Source of the DNA: an uncultured candidatus Porisulfidus sp.
GTDB taxonomy: Bacteria > Pseudomonadota > Gammaproteobacteria > Poriferisulfidales > Poriferisulfidaceae
Assembly: GCA_965116025.1 (NCBI GenBank)
Contig: OZ220480.1
Location: 256,001-320,000 of the forward strand
Length of the DNA stretch: 64,000 bases
Direction: 5' to 3'
Shown in pieces: positions 30,214 through 40,674 of the stretch; positions within the stretch are counted from its first letter, which is position 1, and every line of letters begins with the position of its first letter. Below the pieces are notes generated by a model, which made no database searches, was not told the origin of the DNA, and saw nothing but the letters and a program-made list of their open reading frames with translations. Made by a program: the position numbers and the translations under genes.

Positions 30214-30723
30214 ATGCGCCGAATCTCGCGCCTTCACCTCACGGGTCTCGCCATCTGTCTGGGCGCGCTCGCCTTCGGCTACCTCTATCTGGAACAAACG
30301 CTGGGGCTCGAACCCTGCCCCCTGTGCGTCCTGGACCGAATCGTCCTCCTCGCGCTGGCCGCGATCTTCGCGCTAGCGCATTTCCAACGCCCGAGCGCGG
30401 GAGAGCGGATCGGCTACGACATCGGCGCCCTGATCGTCAGCCTGGGCGGGATCGGGATCGCCGCGCGGCATGTCCAGCTCCAGAGCCGCCCTCCAGACTC
30501 CCTCAGCGACTGCGGGGCGGGATTCTGGCACATGCTCGACCAGATCGGCATTGAGGGGGCGGTCGCCGACGCGCTGCGCGGAGGCGGCGACTGCGGCAGC
30601 GTCCAGTGGACGTTCCTGGGCCTGTCCATCCCGACTCTGACGCTGGGCGTTTTCGTGGTATTGTCCCTTCTGTCCCTGACCGACCTGATCGACGCCATCC
30701 GCAATCGCCACCGGGAATCCTGA
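30214..30723 (+). CDS. dsbB: Disulfide bond formation protein B
   Basis: LEPCPLCVLDR, a second Cys pair (DCGA...GDCG) and WTFLGLSIP, with four TM segments. Confidence 0.88.
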   Translation: MRRISRLHLTGLAICLGALAFGYLYLEQTLGLEPCPLCVLDRIVLLALAAIFALAHFQRPSAGERIGYDIGALIVSLGGIGIAARHVQLQSRPPDSLSDCGAGFWHMLDQIGIEGAVADALRGGGDCGSVQWTFLGLSIPTLTLGVFVVLSLLSLTDLIDAIRNRHRES

Positions 30724-30724
30724 T

Positions 30725-31147
30725 ATGAAAGCCATGCGCCTCGCGGCCCTCGCCCTGGGCCTGACCCTGTCCCCCCTGCACGCCGAGTTGCCCCGCCAAA
30801 GCTCCCCAGAAGGCGCCAGCGCGTACTTCATCGAGCCCGCCGACGGCGCGACCGTGCGCTCTCCCTTCCGGGTCTCGTTCGGCCTGCGCGGCATGGGCGT
30901 CGCCCCGGCCGGCGTGGCCCGTCCGCACACCGGCCACCACCACCTGCTGATCGACGCGCCGGAGTTCGATCCCGGCATGCCGTTGCCGGCGACCGACCGC
31001 GTCCGCCATTTCGGTGGTGGACAGACGGAGACCATGCTGACGCTGGAGCCAGGGCGCCACACCTTGCGGCTCGTGCTCGGCGACCACGCGCACATCCCGC
31101 ACGACCCGCCGGTCGCGTCCGAGACGATCACGATCACCGTCGAGTGA
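30725..31147 (+). CDS. DUF4399 family secreted protein
   Basis: Signal peptide, then YFIEPADG, TGHHHLLID, HFGGGQTE and GRHTLRL. Confidence 0.85.
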   Translation: MKAMRLAALALGLTLSPLHAELPRQSSPEGASAYFIEPADGATVRSPFRVSFGLRGMGVAPAGVARPHTGHHHLLIDAPEFDPGMPLPATDRVRHFGGGQTETMLTLEPGRHTLRLVLGDHAHIPHDPPVASETITITVE

Positions 31148-32059
31148 TCAGACCCAGTCCCGAGCTCCGAGGAAGCGCTCCGTCAATTCCGCTTCCGGCG
31201 TGCCCGGCTCGGGCCGGTAGTCGTAGGTCCAGCCGCAGTCCGGCGGAAGCGACATCAGAATCGATTCGGCGCGACGGCTGTTCTGGAGCCCGAACAGCGT
31301 GCCTCGGTCGTACAGCAAATTGAACTCGACGTAACGGCCGCGGCGATACTTCTGGAACGCTCGCTCGCGCTCCCCCCAAGGCGTCTCGCGTCGCCGCTCC
31401 ACGATCGGCAAATAGCCTTTCAGAAAGCCCTCCGCCACGGAGCGCGCGAACGCGAAGGTCCGGTCGAATCCCCACTCGTCGAGATCGTCGAAGAACAGCC
31501 CCCCGACGCCGCGCGTCTCGCCTCGATGCGGCAAATAGAAATACCGGTCGCACCAGCGCTTGAATCTCGGATAGACATCGTCCCCGAACGGCGCGCAGGC
31601 GGCGCGGGCCGCGGCGTGCCAGCCGCGCGCGTCCTCCTCGAATCCATAATGCGGAGTCAGATCGAACCCGCCGCCGAACCACCAGGGACCCGTTCCGTCG
31701 TCCGCGCGGGCGTCGAAGAACCGTACGTTGCAGTGCGCCGTCGGCGCGTAGGGATTTCGGGGATGAACGACGATGGACACGCCCATCGCGGAGAACGCCC
31801 GGCCCGCCAGCTCCGGGCGCCGCTCGGTGGCGGCCGCCGGCAGCGCGTCCCCCGAGACGTCGGAGAAATTCACGCCCGCCTTCTCCAGAGTCTCCCCGCC
31901 CTCCAGCGTCCGCGTCTCGCCCCGGCTCCCGTCGGGATGCTCCCATGAGTCCCGACGGAATCTGGCCTTGGGCTCGAATCGCTCCAGGGAATCGGTGGCC
32001 TCCCGCTGGAACCCCTCAAGAAAGGCGCGGACGGCGCGCGAATCGGGCGAGCGGCTCAT
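31148..32059 (-). CDS. hemF: Oxygen-dependent coproporphyrinogen III oxidase
   Basis: [32 protein letters not shown] and [16 protein letters not shown]. Confidence 0.95.
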   Translation of the reverse strand: MSRSPDSRAVRAFLEGFQREATDSLERFEPKARFRRDSWEHPDGSRGETRTLEGGETLEKAGVNFSDVSGDALPAAATERRPELAGRAFSAMGVSIVVHPRNPYAPTAHCNVRFFDARADDGTGPWWFGGGFDLTPHYGFEEDARGWHAAARAACAPFGDDVYPRFKRWCDRYFYLPHRGETRGVGGLFFDDLDEWGFDRTFAFARSVAEGFLKGYLPIVERRRETPWGERERAFQKYRRGRYVEFNLLYDRGTLFGLQNSRRAESILMSLPPDCGWTYDYRPEPGTPEAELTERFLGARDWV

Positions 32060-32622
32060 GCCGCCGGAGCGGGACGGACGACCCGGCCCGTCAGAAGGTC
32101 CCGGATCTCGCTCGGCCCCGAGGCGCCGCCGAGCGCGCCTTCCACGATCCCGTCGATTCTCGTCCCGAACATCGCTCGAACCTCGCTGGCCGTTCGCGCC
32201 GGAGGCCGACCCTCCAGATTCGCGCTGGTCGAGACCAAGGCGCCGGCCTCAAGGCACAGCGCGCGGCACAAGGGGTGGCGGGTGATCCGCACCGCCTGGG
32301 TCGCGTGCGCGCCCCGCAACGGGACCGGCGCGCCCTCAGCGGCCGGAACCAGCCAGGTCACGACGGCCTCCGGGCGCGCCATATCTTCTCGCTGGCTCTC
32401 GCTCAGAGGGCGAACGTACGGCTCCAAATCCGCGCATCGCGCCGCGATCAGGATCAATCCTTTGTCGGGACCTCTTTTTTTCACGTCCAGCAAGCGGCGC
32501 ACCGCCTCCGCGTAGCTCGGCAGACAGCCCAGCCCCCAGACTCCCTCGGTCGGGTAGGCCAGCACCTTACCCGCGCGCAACGCCTCGACGCCCTCCTGGA
32601 CGTTCAGCGCGCCGCCGCCCAG
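32056..32622 (-). CDS. tsaC: L-threonylcarbamoyladenylate synthase (start uncertain)
   Basis: [18 protein letters not shown] and LVSTSAN. The frame is open upstream of TTG 32580 to an RBS near the topA stop. Confidence 0.88.
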   Translation of the reverse strand: MGGGALNVQEGVEALRAGKVLAYPTEGVWGLGCLPSYAEAVRRLLDVKKRGPDKGLILIAARCADLEPYVRPLSESQREDMARPEAVVTWLVPAAEGAPVPLRGAHATQAVRITRHPLCRALCLEAGALVSTSANLEGRPPARTASEVRAMFGTRIDGIVEGALGGASGPSEIRDLLTGRVVRPAPAA

Positions 32623-32632
32623 GGGAATCTCC

Positions 32633-34945
32633 TCAGCTCTTTCGCTTCGCGCGGCGCTTGCGCGACGGCGCGGCGGCCAGGATCTCCTTGCATCGCTCCA
32701 GCGTCAGCGCCGCGGGGTCCTCGTCCTTGGGAACGCTCGCGTTGCGCTTGCCGTCCGTGACATAAGGACCATACCGCCCGTTGAGCACTTGGAGACCCTC
32801 GGTCCCGAAATCCTGGATCGTCCGGCTCGCCTCGCGCCGCTTATGCTCGGCGATCAGCTCGTCCGCGCGCGCGCGCGTCACCGCCATCGGGTCCTCCCCC
32901 TCCGCCAAGGACGCGTATTTCTTCGGGCCGTATTTCACATAAGGCCCGTAGCGCCCGAGGCCCACCTCAATCTCCTCTCCGTCATCCCCGGTCCCCAAGG
33001 ATCTCGGGAACGACAGCAGATCCATCGCCTCCTCGAACGTGATCGTCTCGAAGCTCTGTCCCTCGCGAAGACTCGCGAACCGGGGCCTCTCCTCGTCCTC
33101 GCGATCCCCGGCCTGAACGAAGGGCCCGAAGCGCCCGACCCGCACGCGCACCGGCTTGCCCGTGTCCGGATCGATGCCGAGCTCGCGCATCTGCTGCGCC
33201 TTCTGGCGACTCACGGTCTCGTCTTTCTCGGTCACTTGCTTATGAAACGGTTTCCAGAAGTCGTCCACGACCGGGACCCATCGGGTCTCCCCCCGCGCGA
33301 CCTGGTCCAGCGAATCCTCCAGTTGGGCCGTGAATTCGTAATCGACATAGCGCGAGAAGTGCTCGGTCAGGAAGTTGCATACTACCTTACCAAGCGCGGT
33401 CGGGCGAAACGCCCTGTTGTCGAGCTCCGCGTATTTTCGGCTGACCAAGGTCGACAAGATGTCCGCGTAGGTGGAGGGTCGGCCGATCCCGTATTCCTCC
33501 AAGGTCTTGACCAGGCGCGCCTCGGTGTAGCGGGGAGGAGGCTCCGTGAAGTGCTGGTTCGCCTGAACCGCGCGTAGCGCCACGACCTCGCCCTGACGCA
33601 GGTCCGGCAGATAGCGCTCGTCTCCAGAATTTTCCTCCGCTCCAGCCTCGTCCCGGCCTTCTTGGTACACGCGCATGAACCCGGGATCCCGCACATGGGA
33701 GCCGGTCGCCCGCAACTGGGCGGCGGGGCCGCAGTCGATATCCACGCTGACCTGATCGATCACGGCCGGAATCATCTGGCAGGCCACGGTCCGCTTCCAG
33801 ATCAAATCATACAGCTTGCGCTGGTCGGCGCTCAGCTCGCGGGCGCTCTCCGGAGCGCGCGCCGGATCCGTCGGGCGAATCGCCTCATGAGCCTCCTGCG
33901 CGTTGCGGGTCCGGGTCTTGAACCGCCGCGGGGCGGACGGTATCTGGTCCTTTCCGTAGCGCTCCCCAATCGTCTCGCGAACGCTCTTCAGGGCCACGGA
34001 CGAGAGCGTGACCGAGTCCGTGCGCATGTAGGTGATCAGCCCCACCGGCCCGGAGCCCAGGTCCACGCCCTCATACAGCTGCTGGGCGACCCGCATGGTC
34101 TTGCGCGCGGAGAAGCGCAACTTGCGAGACGCTTCCTGCTGCAGGGTGGACGTGGTGAACGGCGGGGGCGGATTGCGCTTTCGCTCCTTTCGCTCCACCG
34201 CCGAGACGGTCAGCTCCGCGGCATGCGCCTCGATTCGCTCGCGGGCGACGACGGCCCGCTCCTCGCTCGATAAATCGAACTTCCTCACCCGCGCGCCGTC
34301 GAGCGTATGCAGCTTCGCCGGGAACTCGCGCCCGTCCTTGTCCAGCGTCGCGTCCACGGTCCAATACTCGCGGGGCTGGAACTCCTCGATCTCGCGCTCG
34401 CGCTCGACGACCAGCCGCAAAGCCGGGCTCTGCACGCGTCCAGCCGAGAGCTTGGGCGCGATCTTCCGCCACAGCAACGGCGACAGATTGAATCCCACCA
34501 GATAGTCGATGGCCCGCCGCGCCTGATAAGCGTCGACCAGATCATCCGATAATTCCCTCGGGTTCGCCAGCGCCTGGCGCACCGCCTCGGGCGTGATCTC
34601 GTAGAACGCGACCCGGTAGACTTTCTTCTCGCCCAGCTTCTCGCGCTCGGCCAAAAGACCGCGCAGCGACCATGAGATCGCCTCGCCCTCGCGGTCCGGG
34701 TCTGATGCCAGATACAGAGCGTCGCAACTCTTCAGCGCGGTCGCGATATTCCTCACGTGCTTCTCCTGCCCCGGAGGCACCTGATACTTGAGGGCGTAGT
34801 CGCCCTCCGTGTCGACCGCCCCGTCTTTCGGCGCCAGGTCCTGCACGTGGCCGTAGGACGCCAGCACCCGGAAATCGGGACCCAAGTACTTCTCGATGGT
34901 CCGGGCTTTCGCCGGGGACTCCACGACAACCAAGTTGCTCGGCAT
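32633..34945 (-). CDS. topA: DNA topoisomerase I (C-terminal Topo_C repeats, no zinc ribbons)
   Basis: VVESPAKA, DPDREGEAI, SAGRVQSP and GLITYMRTDS. Three GR(F/Y)GP(F/Y)V repeats at the C-terminus. Confidence 0.96.
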   Translation of the reverse strand: MPSNLVVVESPAKARTIEKYLGPDFRVLASYGHVQDLAPKDGAVDTEGDYALKYQVPPGQEKHVRNIATALKSCDALYLASDPDREGEAISWSLRGLLAEREKLGEKKVYRVAFYEITPEAVRQALANPRELSDDLVDAYQARRAIDYLVGFNLSPLLWRKIAPKLSAGRVQSPALRLVVEREREIEEFQPREYWTVDATLDKDGREFPAKLHTLDGARVRKFDLSSEERAVVARERIEAHAAELTVSAVERKERKRNPPPPFTTSTLQQEASRKLRFSARKTMRVAQQLYEGVDLGSGPVGLITYMRTDSVTLSSVALKSVRETIGERYGKDQIPSAPRRFKTRTRNAQEAHEAIRPTDPARAPESARELSADQRKLYDLIWKRTVACQMIPAVIDQVSVDIDCGPAAQLRATGSHVRDPGFMRVYQEGRDEAGAEENSGDERYLPDLRQGEVVALRAVQANQHFTEPPPRYTEARLVKTLEEYGIGRPSTYADILSTLVSRKYAELDNRAFRPTALGKVVCNFLTEHFSRYVDYEFTAQLEDSLDQVARGETRWVPVVDDFWKPFHKQVTEKDETVSRQKAQQMRELGIDPDTGKPVRVRVGRFGPFVQAGDREDEERPRFASLREGQSFETITFEEAMDLLSFPRSLGTGDDGEEIEVGLGRYGPYVKYGPKKYASLAEGEDPMAVTRARADELIAEHKRREASRTIQDFGTEGLQVLNGRYGPYVTDGKRNASVPKDEDPAALTLERCKEILAAAPSRKRRAKRKS

Positions 34946-35038
34946 GGCGGGGGTGATTAGGATTCGCTTACTCGCGGGCGTTTAAATTAGCGTACCACGT
35001 TTTAAGGCGCGGGAACGCCGGGCGGTCCGCGAGACTCT

Positions 35039-35773
35039 CTACGAGCGACCCTGGCTCGTGGTCGGATCGACGCACCAAGCCGTCGGGCTGCGCGCGAAAT
35101 CTCCCGGGGCGACGACGGCCTCGGGATCCAGCAGCAACGCGTAACTGTAACTGGGATAGACGGCCGCCACCACGGCCCGCGACCAGGCTGAGGGTTCAGC
35201 CACCTTCCCCGCGGGAACCACCGCCAGCGCCGCGCCGACCGACAAGAAGTCTTGGTCGCCCGCGTCCAGGCGAATCACCGGACGAGGCGTCGTCGCGCCG
35301 CTCGGCCAGAATCTGGACACGCGGCGGTGGACCGCGCGCGCCGGCTCATGGATCTCGGTTTTCGTCAAGTCGAACGCGACGCGGCGCGGCGGACGCAACC
35401 GCGCGTCCGGAGTCCAAGCGAACGGCTCGATGCTCTTCGCGTCGAACTCCTCCAGCGCCCGGGCATGCGGTAGCTCGCCGGTCCCGAGCCGGGCGCGCTG
35501 CACCCAGCCGCGCCCGTTGATTCGCACGCGAACCAGCAAATCGCCCGGCCCGATCGCGACCGCCGGGTCATAGCCCGGCCATGGACACCACACGTTCGGC
35601 CAATGACGGAGGTCCTGGACGAAACGGGCGGCCACGTCCTTCTCGGTCTCGCCATGGCGCACCAGATAAGCGTGGGGCGCGTCGGCCCGAAACCATTCCG
35701 CCGCCGGATCCGCCTCCAAAGAGGCGGACGCCAAGCCAGAAACCAGAAACGCCCCTAGGAACGCCACGCGCAT
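35039..35773 (-). CDS. Divergent LysM-domain exported protein (TsaP-like)
   Basis: Signal peptide, then DAPHAYLVRHGET...VAARF...WPNVW...IGPGD, resembling the LysM protein usually found upstream of dprA-smg-topA. Confidence 0.55.
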   Translation of the reverse strand: MRVAFLGAFLVSGLASASLEADPAAEWFRADAPHAYLVRHGETEKDVAARFVQDLRHWPNVWCPWPGYDPAVAIGPGDLLVRVRINGRGWVQRARLGTGELPHARALEEFDAKSIEPFAWTPDARLRPPRRVAFDLTKTEIHEPARAVHRRVSRFWPSGATTPRPVIRLDAGDQDFLSVGAALAVVPAGKVAEPSAWSRAVVAAVYPSYSYALLLDPEAVVAPGDFARSPTAWCVDPTTSQGRS

Positions 35774-35892
35774 GCGGCGATTTTCGGGCGAGCCGAATCG
35801 CCTCAATATTCCTGCGGAGCGACCGACTAGCGCCTCGACGGCCGGGCGCTGGCGAATCCGTCGAGCGCGGCGTGGCGGCATCCGCGTTCCCA

Positions 35893-36150
35893 TCAATCGG
35901 GATCGGAAGGGCCCAGCCACTCGATCAGGTAGTAAAGATATTGTCCTTCGGAAGATTTTGACGGCCCCAGAACCTGCGCCGCGTGGCGGTCGGGTCGACT
36001 CTCCGCGCGGCGGACCGCGGCTTCGGGGCCTTCCACGATCTCCACGGTCCCAGCCGCGAACCGCCGCCGGTTTCGCCTCGGAGCCTGGATCACCGCGTAC
36101 CGGGGACTGGAAACGGAGGTCTCCGGGTCCGGGGGCACGAACCCGCGCAT
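35893..36150 (-). CDS. Small hypothetical protein (85 aa)
   Basis: The ATG overlaps the accC stop. Protein-like sequence ending GPSKSSEGQYLYYLIEWL; it is the tail of a longer shadow ORF in the track. Confidence 0.65.
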   Translation of the reverse strand: MRGFVPPDPETSVSSPRYAVIQAPRRNRRRFAAGTVEIVEGPEAAVRRAESRPDRHAAQVLGPSKSSEGQYLYYLIEWLGPSDPD

Positions 36151-37502
36151 CACGCCTCGTCCGCCACGTCGCGCCTCTCCAGAAAATGGATGTCCACGCC
36201 CCCCTTCTGGAAACGCTCGTCTTCCAGAAGCTCTTGGTGGAGCGGAACGTTCGTGCGGATTCCCTCGACCACCAGCTCGGCCAGAGCGCGGCGCATTCGC
36301 CGCAAGGCGACGGTGCGGTCCCGCGCGTGCGCGACCACCTTGCCGATCATGGAATCGTAGTTGGGCGGCACGGCGTACCCGGTGTACAGATGCGTGTCCA
36401 TGCGCACCCCGGGCCCGCCCGGGCTGTGGAAATGCGTCACCCTGCCCGGTTGCGGAAGAAAGGTCTTCGGATCCTCCGCGTTGATCCGGCATTCCACCGC
36501 GTGCCCGCGCAAGCGCACCTCGGACTGGCGAACGGACAGCGGCTCGCCCTGCGCCACCAGCAACTGGTGGCGCACCAGATCGATCCCGGTGACCATTTCG
36601 GTCACCGGGTGCTCGACCTGGATTCTGGTGTTCATCTCGATGAAGTAGAACTCGCCGTCTTGATACAGAAACTCGAACGTGCCCGCGCTCCGGTAGCGCA
36701 TTTTCCGGCACGCCGCGACCACCCGCTCGCCCAGCTCCGCGCGCTGGCTCTCGACGATGCCGGGCGCCGGAGACTCCTCGATGACTTTCTGATGGCGGCG
36801 CTGCACCGAGCAGTCCCGCTCGGCGAGATGAATGGCCTCGCCATGCGAGTCGGCCAGCACCTGGAACTCGATATGCCGGGGATGGTCCAGAAACTTCTCC
36901 AGATAGACGGCGCCGTTCCCGAACGCCGCCCGCGCCTCGGCCCGAGTCAGCTCCAGCGCCTCCTCCATCTCCGCCTCCTCCCGAACCACGCGCATCCCTC
37001 GCCCGCCCCCGCCGGCCGTCGCCTTGATCAGGACCGGGTAGCCGACCGCGCGGGCTTGCGCCTTGCTGTCGTCCAGGGAATCGGTCAACTCTCCGTCGCT
37101 GCCCGGCACGCACGGGAGGCCGGCCGCCAAGGCCGCCTTGCGGGCCGCCGCCTTGTCGCCCATCTCGCGAATGTTCCGGGCGCGCGGCCCCACGAAAATG
37201 AAGCCACTGGACTCCACGCGCTCCGCGAAATCCGCGTTTTCCGAAAGAAAGCCGTATCCGGGATGAATCGCGTCGGCGCTCGTCACCTCGGCCGCGGAGA
37301 TGATGGCGGGGATGTTCAGGTAGCTCCGCTGGGAGTCCGCGGGGCCGATGCACACGGACTCGTCCGCCAGCCGCACGTGCAGAAGATCGCGATCCACCTC
37401 GGAATGCACGGCCACGGTGCGAATCCCGAGGTCCCGGCAGGCCCGCAAGACGCGCAGGGCGATCTCCCCGCGGTTCGCGATCAAAACTTTTTTCAGCGCC
37501 AC
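36150..37502 (-). CDS. accC: Acetyl-CoA carboxylase, biotin carboxylase subunit
   Basis: [41 protein letters not shown] and [10 protein letters not shown]. Confidence 0.97.
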   Translation of the reverse strand: MALKKVLIANRGEIALRVLRACRDLGIRTVAVHSEVDRDLLHVRLADESVCIGPADSQRSYLNIPAIISAAEVTSADAIHPGYGFLSENADFAERVESSGFIFVGPRARNIREMGDKAAARKAALAAGLPCVPGSDGELTDSLDDSKAQARAVGYPVLIKATAGGGGRGMRVVREEAEMEEALELTRAEARAAFGNGAVYLEKFLDHPRHIEFQVLADSHGEAIHLAERDCSVQRRHQKVIEESPAPGIVESQRAELGERVVAACRKMRYRSAGTFEFLYQDGEFYFIEMNTRIQVEHPVTEMVTGIDLVRHQLLVAQGEPLSVRQSEVRLRGHAVECRINAEDPKTFLPQPGRVTHFHSPGGPGVRMDTHLYTGYAVPPNYDSMIGKVVAHARDRTVALRRMRRALAELVVEGIRTNVPLHQELLEDERFQKGGVDIHFLERRDVADEA

Positions 37503-37505
37503 CTT

Positions 37506-37958
37506 TCAGCCGATGACGATCAGCGCCTGCCCATACTCGACCGGCGTCGCGTTCTCGACCAGAATGGCCCGGACCACCCCCGCCTGGTCGGCCTCGATCC
37601 GGTTGAGCATCTTCATGGCCTCCACGATGCATAAGGTGTCGCCTTCCGCGACCCGGTCTCCCACGTTGACGAACGGCTTCGCGCCCGGAGCCGACGCGGT
37701 ATAGAACGTCCCGACCATCGGGGACACGACCCGATGTCCGGCCGGAAGGTCGGGTTCAGGCGGCTCCTCCTCAGTGCCCGCGGCGCGCTCGGTGGGCGGC
37801 GCCGGCGCGGCGGGCGCGGCGACCGGAACTTGGGGCGCGGGAGCGGACGGGCCCGCTCTGCTGATGCGAACCGACTCCTCCCCTTCGGTTATCTCGATCT
37901 CCGCGATATCGGATTCCTCCAGCAACTGGATCAGACTCCTGATCTTTCGAAGGTCCAT
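37506..37958 (-). CDS. accB: Biotin carboxyl carrier protein
   Basis: [10 protein letters not shown], a Pro/Ala linker, SPMVGTFY and EAMKM. Confidence 0.95.
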   Translation of the reverse strand: MDLRKIRSLIQLLEESDIAEIEITEGEESVRISRAGPSAPAPQVPVAAPAAPAPPTERAAGTEEEPPEPDLPAGHRVVSPMVGTFYTASAPGAKPFVNVGDRVAEGDTLCIVEAMKMLNRIEADQAGVVRAILVENATPVEYGQALIVIG

Positions 37959-38404
37959 CAGGCATCCCCCTCCAAGCGAGCCGCGGCCGCCTCCAGCGCC
38001 AGCGCGTACCCCCGCGCCCCCAAGCCGGAAATCACGCCGACCGCGATGTCCGACAGGTACGACTTCCGCCGAAACTCCTCGCGCGCGAACACGTTGGATA
38101 GATGAATCTCTATGAACGGGATGGCGACTCCCAGCAGCGCGTCCCGGAGCGCGACGCTGGTGTGCGTGAGAGCGCCCGGGTTGAACAGGATGAACTCCAC
38201 CCGGTCCTCGCGCGCCTGATGGATCCGGTCCACCAGCTCCCCCTCGGAATTGGACTGCATGGTCTCGACGTCGCAACCGCGCCGCGCCGCGACCGCCCGG
38301 ACCTCTTCCATGATCTCGTCCAGAGAGGCTGAGCCGTAAATCTCCGGCTCCCGAGTCCCGAGGAGATTCAGGTTGGGTCCGTTCAGCACCAGAATTCGCG
38401 CCAT
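37958..38404 (-). CDS. aroQ: Type II 3-dehydroquinate dehydratase
   Basis: [27 protein letters not shown] and EIHLSN. Confidence 0.96.
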   Translation of the reverse strand: MARILVLNGPNLNLLGTREPEIYGSASLDEIMEEVRAVAARRGCDVETMQSNSEGELVDRIHQAREDRVEFILFNPGALTHTSVALRDALLGVAIPFIEIHLSNVFAREEFRRKSYLSDIAVGVISGLGARGYALALEAAAARLEGDA

Positions 38405-38515
38405 GATCAAGTCCGAGCGGGTCCGCACGCTAGCGCGGCCAGTTTAGCACAAAAATAAATTTTTTATTTGTCGCAATTTGCGCGCAATATAAAGAAAAAT
38501 ATGGCTAGATAGCGA

Positions 38516-40324
38516 CTATTCGGAAAATTCCAGAGCCTCGTCCAGTCTTGCCGCGAACGGCTCCGCCGGGACGTAGCTCACGGTGCGGAACGCGCGCAAC
38601 TCCTCTCCGTCAGCGGCGTAGAACAGAATCGCGGGCGGCCCGAACAGCCCCAGCGACGCCAGCAGCTGCCGATCAGCCGCGTCATTGGCCGTGACGTCCG
38701 CCCGCAAGAGCGTGAAACGACGCATTCTTTCCTGCACGGCCGGATCGGAAAACGTGAACGCGTCGAGCTCATGGCAGGTCACGCACCAGTCGGCGTAGAA
38801 GTCGACCAGAACGGGCCGACCGCGCGCGGCCGTCAGCTCTCGCTCCAGATCCTCCACGGTCTTGATGGGGCGAAAGTCCGGTGACGATGCGGCGGCCGGC
38901 CCCGAAACTCCCACGAGTCTCTCCAGGGGACGCAGCAAGCTGTCGCCGCCCGCGCTCGCTCCAACCAGCAGGACTCCGCCATAAATCAGGAACGCCAGCC
39001 CCACGCCCTTGGCCAAGCGGAGCGGCGTCCCGGCATCCCGCTCCAGAGAATCGGTCGCGCGCAGAGCCACGGCGAGCCCGAGGAAAAACAACCCGCCCAA
39101 GGCTAGGGTGACCGGGCCGGGAACCACCCGGTCCAGCATCCAGATCGAAAGCGCAAGAAGCGCCACGCCGAACACGGCCTTGACCCGCGTCATCCAAGGA
39201 CCGGATCGCGGCAGAAAGCGGCCCTCGAAGGCCCCGAACGCCAAAAGCGGAATACCCAACCCCAACCCCATCCCGAACAGGCTGACTCCACCGCGCAGCG
39301 CGCTTCCGGTATCGGCGATGTGGATCAGGGCGCCCACCAAGGGCGGCGAGACGCAGGGACTGGCCACCAGCGCGCCGAGAAAGCCCATGATCACGGCGCC
39401 CAAGTAGCTGCCGCCACCCGCGAACTTCCCGCCAATTCGATTCAGGGTGTTGTGAAGGCCCGTCGGCATGCGCAACTCGTAGGCGCCGAACATCGACAAG
39501 GCCAGCAGAATCAGAATCAGCACGAAACCGCCGATCACCCAAGCGTTCTGCATGTATGCCTGAAGGTTCGCTCCGGTCAGGCCAATGACCACGCCAAGCC
39601 CGGCGTAGGTGGCCGCCATCGCCAGCACGTACGCGAGCGACAGGAAAAAGGCGCGCCTGGCGCGCGCGTTGGCTCCCGCGATCACCCCGGCGAGAATCGG
39701 AATCATCGGCAACACGCATGGCGTGAACGCCAGCAAAAGGCCGAAGCCCGCGAACGCGAGAAAGCTCCACAGCAGAGTCTCGTCCGCGAGATTCCGGGCG
39801 ATCCGGTCCGCCCGCGACAGCATGCCTCCGGGAGGGGAGGGCTCGAAAGAAGAAGACGACTCCAGAACCGCGGCGGCGAGCCGCAACTCGAACGTCTTGG
39901 TCTGAGGCGGATAGCACACTCCCCGCTCGGCGCAGCCTTGATAGTCCGCGACCAGCGCGACCCCATCCGCTCCCGCCAACGCCTCGGCCAAGCGAAGATC
40001 CACCACGATATCGCCCGACCATGTCTGGACCTCTCCGAAGAGCGGATCGTCCTTGATGACCCCGGAAGGCAACCGGTACGGAACGAGCCCCGCTTCCTGC
40101 CCGGCGATCGAGAAGCGGGTCTTGTCTCGGTATAGGTAATACCCCTCGGCCACCCGGAAAGAAGCTTGGAGACGGTCTGGACCTTGTGGAAGGACCGTCA
40201 GGACGAACGCCTCGTCTGGGTGCAGAAACTCCTGCTCCCCGAAGCCGAGCGGGTCCGCCGCCAAGGCCAACGCCGATGCCGCCAACCACGGCAGCGACAA
40301 GATCAGGCGGAGGTTCGCAACCAT
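38516..40324 (-). CDS. dsbD: Thiol:disulfide interchange protein DsbD
   Basis: YQGCAERGVCYPP, FTPCVLPMIP, SPCVSPPL and FYADWCVTC. Confidence 0.95.
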   Translation of the reverse strand: MVANLRLILSLPWLAASALALAADPLGFGEQEFLHPDEAFVLTVLPQGPDRLQASFRVAEGYYLYRDKTRFSIAGQEAGLVPYRLPSGVIKDDPLFGEVQTWSGDIVVDLRLAEALAGADGVALVADYQGCAERGVCYPPQTKTFELRLAAAVLESSSSFEPSPPGGMLSRADRIARNLADETLLWSFLAFAGFGLLLAFTPCVLPMIPILAGVIAGANARARRAFFLSLAYVLAMAATYAGLGVVIGLTGANLQAYMQNAWVIGGFVLILILLALSMFGAYELRMPTGLHNTLNRIGGKFAGGGSYLGAVIMGFLGALVASPCVSPPLVGALIHIADTGSALRGGVSLFGMGLGLGIPLLAFGAFEGRFLPRSGPWMTRVKAVFGVALLALSIWMLDRVVPGPVTLALGGLFFLGLAVALRATDSLERDAGTPLRLAKGVGLAFLIYGGVLLVGASAGGDSLLRPLERLVGVSGPAAASSPDFRPIKTVEDLERELTAARGRPVLVDFYADWCVTCHELDAFTFSDPAVQERMRRFTLLRADVTANDAADRQLLASLGLFGPPAILFYAADGEELRAFRTVSYVPAEPFAARLDEALEFSE

Positions 40325-40620
40325 CTCAAATATTCGGCCGAGCCGCCCGTGATCGGGACGAAGATGAGCTCGGGCAATTCATAAGGGTGAACGTCCGCCA
40401 GCATCGCCCGCAACCCATCCTCCCGGTCGCGCGTGGTCTTGATCAGCAAAAGGATCTCCGTCTCGTCCTCCAGCTCTCCCTTCCAACGGTACGTGGAAAA
40501 CACGGGGACCCGATTGACGCAAGCGGCCAAGCCGCTCTCGACCAAGGCGCGCGCGAGATCCCGCGCCTCCGTCTCGTCGGCGACGGTCGTCATCGCTAGG
40601 GTATGCTCGATAGCGCTCAT
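40303..40620 (-). CDS. cutA: Divalent-cation tolerance protein CutA
   Basis: LVESGLAACVN, YRWKG and HPYELPE. Upstream of dsbD. Confidence 0.92.
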   Translation of the reverse strand: MSAIEHTLAMTTVADETEARDLARALVESGLAACVNRVPVFSTYRWKGELEDETEILLLIKTTRDREDGLRAMLADVHPYELPELIFVPITGGSAEYLRWLRTSA

Positions 40621-40674
40621 GCTCACGTCGCGGTCCACCGCGCTTCAGCGCGACCGTACAGCCAAAACATGAAG

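Noticed and set aside
38448-38490. AT-rich imperfect palindromes upstream of aroQ-accBC
   Set aside because: This is probably ordinary promoter/UP-element sequence, and no regulator can be assigned.
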